Of a DNA stretch of 36,469 nt, positions 1 through 7,676 are shown in pieces. The stretch is taken from assembly GCA_046597055.1 (NCBI GenBank), contig JBKJLC010000198.1:1-36469 (forward strand). Direction: 5' to 3'. Under the pieces are notes generated by a model. It did not search any database. It saw nothing but the letters and a program-made list of their open reading frames with translations, and was not told the DNA's origin. The DNA is from Kofleriaceae bacterium. GTDB lineage: Bacteria; Myxococcota_A; Polyangia; Haliangiales; Haliangiaceae. Every line of letters starts with the position of its first letter. Position 1 is the stretch's first letter. The translations under genes and the position numbers were made by a program.

Positions 1-20
1 CGGGGGTGGAATCGCCGGGC

Positions 21-74
21 CGGGAGCGGGAGCGGGGGCGGCGGGAGCGGGAGAAGGAGAAGGAGAAGGAGAAG
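21..74 (+). repeat. Purine-rich hexamer microsatellite: (GGGAGC)n followed by (GAGAAG)4
   Basis: cgggagcgggagcgggggcggcgggagcgg, then gagaag four times at 51-74. Confidence 0.8.
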
Positions 75-111
75 GAACCCCAGCCCGCCCTCCCCCTCCC
101 CCGTCGCAGCC

Positions 112-634
112 ATGCAGCGCGGACGCGGCGGGCGAGCCCGCGCCCGGACCACCTCGGGGAGCGCGGTCACCGACGCGGTCGCCAGCGCGACCGACGACGG
201 TGGCGAGGAGTCAGAGAACAAGTTCGTGGCGCGCGCCGTGAGCAGAGCGCTCATCCGCCAGCTGCGTCCCATCGTGGCGATGATCCCGCGCCACGACGCC
301 GACCTGGCCAGGCAGCTGCAGCGCGCGGCGAGCAGCGTCCACCTCAACCTCAGCGAGTCACAGGGGCGCGAGGCCGGCGATCGCCGCCGCTTCTTCGAGT
401 TCGCCGCCGGCAGCGCCTTCGAGGTGCGCGGCGCGCGCGAGGCTGCCGACGACTGGGGATGGATCGGCGACGTCGCCGCGGTGCTGGGCGATCGCGCGCG
501 GATGCTCGATCTCCTCGAGCAGGCGTTCGTGGTCCACGACCCGTGGACACCCGCAGATCGCGCTGGTCCCCGAGTTCGATCGCTACCGCAGCGAGCCCCG
601 GTTCGTCGCGCTGATCGATCGACTGCGCCTGTAG
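112..634 (+). pseudogene. Four-helix-bundle protein (23S rRNA IVS/TIGR02436-like) joined to a TPR-type C-terminal tail; +1 frameshift near 550-552
   Basis: DLARQLQRAASSVHLNLSESQGR...RRRFFEFAAGSAFEV motif. Removing one C at 550-552 gives ...HDPWTPQIALVPEFDRYRSEPRFVALIDRLRL* with stop at 632-634. The frame is open from position 1, so the start may lie upstream. Confidence 0.65.
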
Positions 635-745
635 CCGCGCCCGCGAACCCGCGGAGTCCGCCGCAGATTGCCGGGTTTCGACGTGCGGGAGCACGCCGGC
701 CACCCGGTATCACGCAACAGGCGTCCGTCACGCCAGGGAGAGATC

Positions 746-2248
746 ATGCGACAGATCCGTCGAGCTTCGTTCACCGCGTTTGCTCTGCTCGTCTTCATGC
801 TGCTGAGCGCCTGCGCCAGCGACGACCCGCGGCCGGGCACCGGCACGGTCTCGGTCAGCCTGGTCGGCCAGGCGGCCTCGGGCACGATCTATCGGCTGCG
901 CCGCGCCATCGTCCTGGTGCAGGGGCCGGCGTCGACCACGTTCTGGAACACCGAGGACGATCTCACGCGCACGACGCTGTCGGCCAACGTGGCGGCCGGC
1001 GACTACTACTCGTTCCTGCAAGAGGGATGGCAGCTCGAGAAGCTGGTCGCCGGCAACCCACCGGCGCCGGTCACCGCCCAGCTGATCTCGCCCAACCCGA
1101 CCTACTTCACCGTCGTCGATGACATGCGCACCACCGTGCCGCTCCGGTTCCGCGTCCCCGAGGGCGAGATCGACATGGACCAGGGCTACGGCATCGTCAT
1201 CGAGGTCGAGGAGGAGACCTCGGTGACGCCCGGCTACTGCACCACCGACGCCCAGTGCGGCGGCGGCCAGACCTGCTGCCTCGCCGGGTTCCTCGGCACC
1301 TGTCGCGCGCTGACCGCGGGCCAGGCGTGTCCGCTGCCCGACCTGACGGTGTCGGCCGACGCCGCTCGGACGAGCCTGTCGATCGGGCACGAGACGTTCG
1401 CGCCGACCAGCTGCGCGCTGGTCGAGGGCTGCGTCGCCGGCCCCGGCGATCGCCGCCTGCTCCGCTTCTCGACCGAGACGCCCAACATCGGCGCGGTCGA
1501 CATGGTCCTCGGGGATCCGTCGACCCAGCCCGGTTTCGAGTCGTCGACCTGCCACGGTCACTATCACTTCGAGGGCTACGCCGAGTACCAGCTGCTCGAC
1601 AAGACCGGCGCGGTGGCGGCGACCGGCCACAAGCAGGCGTTCTGTCTGCTCGACCTGCAGTCGTTGCCGGGTACCACCACCGGGCCGCGCTTCCACTGCG
1701 GATTCCAGGGCATCTCGGCCGGCTGGAGCGACGTCTACGGGTCCGGGCTGGACTGCCAGTGGGTCGACATCACCGGCGTCGCGCCCGGCTCGTACCTGCT
1801 GCGCATCACCGTCAACGGCGCGCGCACGCTGCCCGAGAGCAACTACGACAACAACACCATCCAGGTGCCGGTCACGATCCCGGCCGACGGGGTGATCGAG
1901 CCGCCCGGCGATCCGCTGGCGGCCTGTAGCGCGCCGGTGGTCGGGCCCAACCGCGACTGCGGCTGGGAGGTCGCCAGTGGTCAGCAGGCCGTGGCGTGCG
2001 TGCCCGGCACGCCGGTGACCCTCGGCTGCGGCTGTGGCACCGACACCTGCGGCAGCGATCCGGTGCTGCGCGTGTGCGACGGTGGCGAGGCGTGCATCGC
2101 GGCGACCGCGCTCGCGTCGATCGACGATACCTGCGGCCTCTGTCCGCAGGCTGGGTTCGTATGCCCGGCCAGCGGCACGTACACCGTCTTGACCGCGCCG
2201 TACGCGCCGGGCTCGGCGTACGCGTGCCAGGTGTCGGCGACGCCGTAG
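746..2248 (+). CDS. Lysyl oxidase family lipoprotein with Cys-rich flanking domains
   Basis: Lipobox LSAC; RRLLRFST..PNIG, CHGHYH, GHKQAFC, GISAGWSDVY, DCQWVDITG motifs; GGGAG upstream of ATG 746. Confidence 0.88.
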   Translation: MRQIRRASFTAFALLVFMLLSACASDDPRPGTGTVSVSLVGQAASGTIYRLRRAIVLVQGPASTTFWNTEDDLTRTTLSANVAAGDYYSFLQEGWQLEKLVAGNPPAPVTAQLISPNPTYFTVVDDMRTTVPLRFRVPEGEIDMDQGYGIVIEVEEETSVTPGYCTTDAQCGGGQTCCLAGFLGTCRALTAGQACPLPDLTVSADAARTSLSIGHETFAPTSCALVEGCVAGPGDRRLLRFSTETPNIGAVDMVLGDPSTQPGFESSTCHGHYHFEGYAEYQLLDKTGAVAATGHKQAFCLLDLQSLPGTTTGPRFHCGFQGISAGWSDVYGSGLDCQWVDITGVAPGSYLLRITVNGARTLPESNYDNNTIQVPVTIPADGVIEPPGDPLAACSAPVVGPNRDCGWEVASGQQAVACVPGTPVTLGCGCGTDTCGSDPVLRVCDGGEACIAATALASIDDTCGLCPQAGFVCPASGTYTVLTAPYAPGSAYACQVSATP

Positions 2249-2281
2249 CAGGTAGCGGCGCCGGGAACGCGGGGCGCGAAT

Positions 2282-3013
2282 GTGAGCAGACCGCCCCGCG
2301 GGCAGCCGTGGGGTGGACCGGCGTCGAGCGGCTGGGCCACCTCGCCGAGCCCGCCGATGGATCCCGCAAATGCCCCGCCCGCGGGGTCCGCGCCGACCGC
2401 GCCGGTCGCGACGCCCGGCATGGCGCCGACCGCGGCCAGCGAGCGTCGCATCCGGTTCAACGCCGTCCCGCTCGACGCGCGCGGCCTGCAGACGATCGTG
2501 CAGCTCGAGACCCACGCCGGGACCCGCCTGGTCGACGGCGACTACTGGTACGATCCGACCAGCGGCATCAGCGGGCCCTGGGGCGGCGGCGGCTACGTGC
2601 TGCTGCCGGCCGGCCTGCCGCTGGGCGGTCCGCTGCCGGCCCACGCCTCGGGCGGGGGCGACGGCCGCCTCACCGGCGTGTTCGTGAATGGCCGCGAGCT
2701 GCACCCGAACGACGTCGCGACCCTGCGCAGGTTCATCCAGGTGGTCCCGGGCCGGTACTGGTTCGACGCGCGCGGCAACGTCGGCATCGAGGGCGGCCAG
2801 GCGCTGTTCAACGTCTACGCGCTGGCGCAGGCCCAGCAGGCTCAGCAGTCGGGCGGGATGCACACCAGCAGCTGGGGGCCGGGCAAGACCTGGGTCGGCG
2901 GCGGCGCCAGCGGCTCGAGCTGGGGCTCGGAGGGCGGGCGCATCACGAACGACTGCAGCTACGACCCCAGCGACGGCGCCGGCGTGGTGTGCAGCAAGAC
3001 CCAGAAGTGGTGA
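2282..3013 (+). CDS. Hypothetical protein with a GDYWYD...GVFVNGRELH...PGRYW domain (similar to plant XLG/EDR4-like proteins)
   Basis: Coding-like codon usage; Pro-rich N-terminus; recognisable aromatic motifs; start uncertain (GTG 2282 or ATG 2357). Confidence 0.75.
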   Translation: MSRPPRGQPWGGPASSGWATSPSPPMDPANAPPAGSAPTAPVATPGMAPTAASERRIRFNAVPLDARGLQTIVQLETHAGTRLVDGDYWYDPTSGISGPWGGGGYVLLPAGLPLGGPLPAHASGGGDGRLTGVFVNGRELHPNDVATLRRFIQVVPGRYWFDARGNVGIEGGQALFNVYALAQAQQAQQSGGMHTSSWGPGKTWVGGGASGSSWGSEGGRITNDCSYDPSDGAGVVCSKTQKW

Positions 3014-3144
3014 TCGTCCGCAACACGGGCAGCCACCGCGGTAGCCTGCGGCCGCGCGGGACGCGGGCCTGCGCCGACGCAGCGACTTCGATCGTGGGGG
3101 GATTCACAGGGCCGGATCTGGCTTTGTTTTCTGTCCGAACTATC

Positions 3145-3181
3145 TACGTGAATGCACGTAACATACTTTGTTCGTTGAACA
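3145..3181. promoter_or_regulatory. AT-rich promoter region with two inverted repeats upstream of the GH26 gene
   Basis: TACGTG-aatg-CACGTA (3145-3160) and TGTTC-gtt-GAACA (3169-3181) in a locally AT-rich stretch. Confidence 0.45.
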
Positions 3182-3319
3182 TTCTGTTGACCGATCCCCG
3201 TTGGCTTGGTAGTCGGAGGGGGTGGCGTCCTCGGAGGACCGCCACCACCGGGCCGCGGCCGCCACCGTCGCGCGCCCCACTACTCACGCGTCGATCCAGG
3301 TCGACGAGAGGGGGATCGT

Positions 3320-4327
3320 ATGTCCACGTCCGGCCCGAAGAGATCATCACGCGGGATCATCGCCAGCGCGATCGCCGTGAGCGTCGCCAGTGTCGCCCTG
3401 GTCGCCTGCACCGACGACCTGACCCAACCGGACGGGCCGCTGCCCGAGCTCGCGGCGCCGGCGTCGGCGTCGGTCCCGCCGGCCGAGGGCGCGCTGCTCG
3501 GCGCGTTCGTCGGGGTCGGCACCGAGAGCGCCGAAGACTTCGCGGCCGAAGAGGAGCTGATCGGCCGGCGCTGGGTGATCGACAACCGCTTCTACTCGTC
3601 GGAGGACTGGATCAACGATCGCACTCGCTGGGACATCGCCCACCACAAGATCCCGATGATCACGTGGGAGCCACAGCACCAGACGCTCGACGACATCATC
3701 GCTGGCGTCCACGATGACAACATCCGGACCCGAGCCACCGGCGCGCGCGACCTCGGGGTCGAGATCTTCATGCGCTGGGGCCACGAGATGAACGGCAACT
3801 GGTACCCGTGGAGCGGCGCCAAGAACGGCGGGGCCGCCGGCGGTGCTGCCAAGTACATCGCGGCCTACCGCCACGTCCACGACCTGTTCCGCGAGGTCGG
3901 CGCCACCAACGTGGTGTGGGTGTGGTGCCCGCTGGTCACCGACGTCCCCGCCGAGCCGTGGAACCACTGGACCCACTACTACCCGGGCGACGCGTACGTC
4001 GACTGGGTCGGGCTCGACGCCTACAACTGGGGCTCGTCGGCGCCGTGCTGCGTGTGGCAGAGCTTCTCGACGCTGGTCGCGCAGCTGTACGGCGACTACG
4101 CCGGCAAGAAGCCGCTGATGTTGCCCGAGACGTCCTCGGCCGAGGTCGGCGGTGACAAGGCCGCCTGGATCCGCGACATGCACACCGCGCTCATGACCGA
4201 CTTCACCGCGATCAAGGCCGTCGTCTGGTTCGACATCGACAAGGAGACCGACTGGCGGATCGCGTCATCGCCCGCGACCCTGGCCGCATTCAAGGCGATG
4301 GCCCACGCGCCTTACTTCAATCCCTAG
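3320..4327 (+). CDS. Glycoside hydrolase family 26 (beta-mannanase-like) lipoprotein
   Basis: MRWGHEMNGNWYPW, YYPGDAYVDWVGLDAYN and KPLMLPET motifs; lipobox-like LVAC; GAGGGG upstream of ATG 3320. Confidence 0.9.
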   Translation: MSTSGPKRSSRGIIASAIAVSVASVALVACTDDLTQPDGPLPELAAPASASVPPAEGALLGAFVGVGTESAEDFAAEEELIGRRWVIDNRFYSSEDWINDRTRWDIAHHKIPMITWEPQHQTLDDIIAGVHDDNIRTRATGARDLGVEIFMRWGHEMNGNWYPWSGAKNGGAAGGAAKYIAAYRHVHDLFREVGATNVVWVWCPLVTDVPAEPWNHWTHYYPGDAYVDWVGLDAYNWGSSAPCCVWQSFSTLVAQLYGDYAGKKPLMLPETSSAEVGGDKAAWIRDMHTALMTDFTAIKAVVWFDIDKETDWRIASSPATLAAFKAMAHAPYFNP

Positions 4328-4346
4328 CGAGCGCTCCCGCTCATGA

Positions 4347-5069
4347 TCACGGTGGTTGCGGGCGTGCGTCACGCGCGACCGCCTCGGGCCAGCCGTCGGT
4401 GTTGATCCACAGCCGGTGGAGCTCGCGCGGGCTATCGGGCGGCAGCGCGCCGCGACCGTGGAGCATGCGGTGATTGTCGACGATGACCACCTCGCCAGCG
4501 CCGAGCTCGACGCCCACGAGGGCGGCCGGGTCGTCGCCGCGGAACCGCTCGATCAGGCGTGCCGCCACCGCACGCTCGCGTGGATCGGTGGGCACCTGCA
4601 GCTGCGGCGGCAGCCAGAAGAAGCGCGACGGGGCCGCGCCCCGGGCCTCGACCACCGGCACCAGCGGGCGCGCCGCCGGCGGCAGATCATCCATCAGGTC
4701 GGCGCAGCGCAGCCGTTCGGCGAGCCGCTGGTCGTCGGCGTCGAGGTGAGCGAAGGCGACCCGGGCGTCGAGGTAGAGGTTGGTCACCGGAGTCCGGCAC
4801 GGCGTGACGCAGTGCCAGGCGCACAGGTTGGCGCGCACGCTGTCGGTGTGGAATGGCACCGGCCGCGGGCTCATCACGAAGCGGCGCGAGCTCGGCTCGA
4901 CGAAGACCCGGAGCTCGGACCAGACGGTGCCGAGCTGGCGGGCGAAGTCGAGGAAGCGCGCCGAGCTCACGCGCTGCCGGATGTGGACGACGCCACGCTC
5001 GGCCAGGTGGGCGCGCGCCTCCGCGATGGCGTCGGCGCGGTCGAGGCTGGCCATCATCGGGGCGATCAC
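4347..5069 (-). CDS. TauD/TfdA-family Fe(II)/2-oxoglutarate-dependent dioxygenase
   Basis: HxD motif PFHTDS and distal DNHRMLHGR...RELHRLW; start overlaps the upstream stop (GTGA). Confidence 0.85.
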   Translation of the reverse strand: MIAPMMASLDRADAIAEARAHLAERGVVHIRQRVSSARFLDFARQLGTVWSELRVFVEPSSRRFVMSPRPVPFHTDSVRANLCAWHCVTPCRTPVTNLYLDARVAFAHLDADDQRLAERLRCADLMDDLPPAARPLVPVVEARGAAPSRFFWLPPQLQVPTDPRERAVAARLIERFRGDDPAALVGVELGAGEVVIVDNHRMLHGRGALPPDSPRELHRLWINTDGWPEAVARDARPQPP

Positions 5070-5572
5070 GGTGCACCGGCCGGGCGGCCCCAGGCGCGGA
5101 AGCGCTGGCCGAGGCTCGCGACCGGATAGCGGCGCTGGTAGCCGTCGTACCAGCGGGCCGCGACGTCAGGGCCGAGCTGCTGGTAGACGCGGGCGATCTG
5201 CGCGCGCAGGGCGGCGCGCTGCTGGTCGGCGGTGGCGGCACTGTCCTCGACGCCGGGCTGATGGTGGACGTAACCGCCGAGGTGGTCGTCGCAGAAGGCC
5301 GCGTAGGCGCGCGTCGACAGGATGAACGCGTGCCACAGCTCGTCGACCAGGGTCATCGAGGGCGTGATCACCAGCGAGGTGGCGCGATGGCTGGCGCACA
5401 GCCACAGCCAGCGCAGCGTGTCGGCCCACAGCTCGTCGGCCTCGTCGGCGCCGAGGTCCCAGGTGGCGGCGAAGCGATCGACGATCGCGGGCTGGCGGTA
5501 GCCGAGGACCTGGGCCAGCGGCTGCGGCGGGCGGGGCACGCCATGGAGCGGAAGGCTTGATGGGAGCGGCAT
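5066..5572 (-). CDS. Glycine-rich-domain (GRDP/DUF1399-like) protein
   Basis: VDELWHAFILSTRAYAAFC...GGYVHHQP signature; ATG at 5572. Confidence 0.75.
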   Translation of the reverse strand: MPLPSSLPLHGVPRPPQPLAQVLGYRQPAIVDRFAATWDLGADEADELWADTLRWLWLCASHRATSLVITPSMTLVDELWHAFILSTRAYAAFCDDHLGGYVHHQPGVEDSAATADQQRAALRAQIARVYQQLGPDVAARWYDGYQRRYPVASLGQRFRAWGRPAGAP

Positions 5573-5670
5573 GGCGACCCGACATTGCAGCCGCCATGCC
5601 CGGTGGGCGCGGCGTCGCGGCGCTCGCAAGGTCGCGCATCGACGGGGCGGCCGGCACGAAGGCGCGGTAA

Positions 5671-5797
5671 GACGGCGCGATCGCGCTGGAGGTGGAGCCC
5701 GCGCGCGTTGCCCGCGGGCAACGGCAGGCCGGTCGAGGCGGCGACGGCGCGATCGGCGCTGGAGGTGGAGCCCCGCGCGTTCCCTGCGGGCAACAGC
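5671..5797. repeat. Two ~55-bp imperfect direct repeats; the first contains an 18-bp perfect palindrome
   Basis: Copies at 5671-5725 and 5743-5797; CGTTGCCCGCGGGCAACG at 5706-5723. Confidence 0.85.
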
Positions 5798-5958
5798 GAC
5801 GGGGCGAGGGTGCTCGCGGAGCGCGCGCTGCCGCGACGAAGTGAGCCGGCGCGCGCAGATGTCGCGCTCGCGATGTCACGCCGGTCTGGCACGCGACGTG
5901 AAGTTGCTGCGTCCATCGTCAACAACGACGACCACCACTCCAGCCACAGGATGATCCC

Positions 5959-6186
5959 ATGAAGCATTCCAAGCCTGCCCCGACCGCCGCCCCCGCCACC
6001 ACGACCGACGCCGCCGACCGTGAGCGGGCGATCGACGCCCTGCTCGCCACCGTCACTGGCGGCGGCGGCGCGACCTGCTTCAACCCCGCCATCGCGGCCG
6101 GCGCGACCTGCTTCAGCCCCGCCGTCGCGGCCGGCGCGACCTGCTTCTCGCCGGCGCTGGTGATGATGCCGTTCGACGAGCGCTGA
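5959..6186 (+). CDS. Putative RiPP precursor: double-glycine-type leader plus three 11-aa tandem cores GATCF(N/S)PA
   Basis: IDALLATVTGG leader motif; cores start at 6067, 6100 and 6133 (33-nt period); AGGA upstream; hairpin downstream. Confidence 0.75.
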   Translation: MKHSKPAPTAAPATTTDAADRERAIDALLATVTGGGGATCFNPAIAAGATCFSPAVAAGATCFSPALVMMPFDER

Positions 6187-6194
6187 CGCGAGTA

Positions 6195-6217
6195 GCCGCG
6201 GTCAGCGTGACCGCGGC
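6195..6217 (+). terminator. GC-rich hairpin after the putative precursor (terminator or mRNA-stabilising stem)
   Basis: GCCGCGGTCA-gcg-TGACCGCGGC, 10-bp perfect stem; no U-tract. Confidence 0.45.
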
Positions 6218-6301
6218 CGCCCGGTCGTGCGCAATGCCACATCGTGCCGGTTTCAACGACTTCAACAGAGCGCCTACCGTGCGTGATAGTGACGAACCGG
6301 C

Positions 6302-7435
6302 ATGATCATCTTTTACGGGCACCGCTTCTACGGGCGTATCGACGGTCACGGCGCCGAGTACCTGGCGACCACATTCGCGCATGTCTACTTCCTGCCGCTG
6401 TTCCCGACCGGCTCAAGGTGGGTGACGCGTCAGGTCGGCGATCAGGTCCTGGGCTTCGACGTGAAGCTGTCCGCGCGGAGCGTGGCGGCCGCCTATCTGC
6501 GGATCTGGGCACCTCTCTTGGCGCTCGGACTGGGCGCCACGCTGACGATCCCCGGCATCGCCGTGGCCGTCGGGCTGCTCGCGCTATCGGCGTGGAGCTG
6601 GACCTGGCTCCGGATCCGCGGCGGGCACGAACGCCGCCGCGCGCTGCTCAATCAGATCGCCTTCGGAGCCGCCTGTGATCCGATGCGCCGCCCGGTCGCG
6701 CAGTGCGAAGCGCTCCGCTGCGAGGTCGACCAGCGCTTCGCCGAGGTGAGCGGCGCTCGCACCCCGGAGGACGTCGCACGGTTCGGCGCCGACTCACCGG
6801 CGCACGCAGCCCTGGCCTACGCGTCGCTCCGGTTGGTGGCCGCGATCGCGGGCGGTGACACTGGTCGCAAGGCGCGCGCGGTGTCGGACTCCCTCCTCGA
6901 CAACGTCTCCACCGGCGATGCGAGGGCGCTCGCCGACGGCGGTCCCTACCGCGTCGAGGCGCGCGCCTCGGACTCGGTCGTCTCCGCGTTGGAGGCCGCG
7001 GCGGCCGCTGTGATCCAGGCGCAGGATCGCGGCATCGACGAGTCGATCCGCGCGGCTCAGCCGGCCAGCGCCTGGGACAACAGCCCCGAGAACCCGGCCG
7101 TCAAGGAGGAGATCGCGCGCAACAAGGCGCAGCGTGCGGGCACCAACCGCCTTGCCTGGGTCGCGCTCGTCGTCGTGGCTGTGGCGAGCGGCGCGTACGT
7201 GATCTACGACATCGCCACGAAGCACGTCGCCACCGATCGGGCGCTCACCGAGCTCCGCAGCATCAGCGACGAGCTCTGCCGGTGCCCGACCCGCGCCTGC
7301 TTCGTCGACCTGCTCGAGGCGCGCAGACCCGCCATCGACCGCGCCGAGCGCACCGTACGAGAGAACGAATCGAGCGACTCGGAGCTCGATCAGCTCGCCG
7401 ACCGGGCTGAGCGCTGTTACGACGCACTGCCGTAG
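6302..7435 (+). CDS. Hypothetical membrane protein
   Basis: MIIFYG...FAHVYFLPLFP N-terminus; several hydrophobic segments; C-terminal CxC...C...C. Confidence 0.75.
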   Translation: MIIFYGHRFYGRIDGHGAEYLATTFAHVYFLPLFPTGSRWVTRQVGDQVLGFDVKLSARSVAAAYLRIWAPLLALGLGATLTIPGIAVAVGLLALSAWSWTWLRIRGGHERRRALLNQIAFGAACDPMRRPVAQCEALRCEVDQRFAEVSGARTPEDVARFGADSPAHAALAYASLRLVAAIAGGDTGRKARAVSDSLLDNVSTGDARALADGGPYRVEARASDSVVSALEAAAAAVIQAQDRGIDESIRAAQPASAWDNSPENPAVKEEIARNKAQRAGTNRLAWVALVVVAVASGAYVIYDIATKHVATDRALTELRSISDELCRCPTRACFVDLLEARRPAIDRAERTVRENESSDSELDQLADRAERCYDALP

Positions 7436-7676
7436 CTGCGGCCAGCTCGCCCCGCGCCGGTCGCGCACGACGCGTGGACGGTGTCCGACGCTCGCGTCGC
7501 CCGGCGTTCACGTTCGCGCAGGTCGCGATCGTGACGTTCGGTGTCGTCGGGTGGCTCCCACCGGTCGCTGGTCGCGGGTCGTCGCCTCGGGCCGGCGCAC
7601 ACCAGCGTGCGTGCTACGCCTCGGGCGCCGACGACTCGGCCGCGGGCAGCTCACCGTCGCGGTGGCCGAGTCCGGA

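Noticed and set aside
112..470. Diversity-generating retroelement (Avd-like four-helix bundle)
   Set aside because: No reverse transcriptase or TR/VR pair is visible in the window.
112..1122. 336-aa ORF as one intact protein
   Set aside because: The part after ~552 is out-of-frame read-through overlapping the lysyl oxidase gene.
5671..5797. CRISPR array
   Set aside because: Only two 55-bp units with a 17-nt gap and no cas genes.
5919..6242. Antisense ORF with repeated LKQVAPA as the real gene
   Set aside because: The + strand frame has the RBS, GC3-type codons, leader motif and synonymous variation.
7436..7676. Small gene between the membrane protein and the HTTM-like remnant
   Set aside because: Candidate ORFs are low-complexity with no RBS or motifs.
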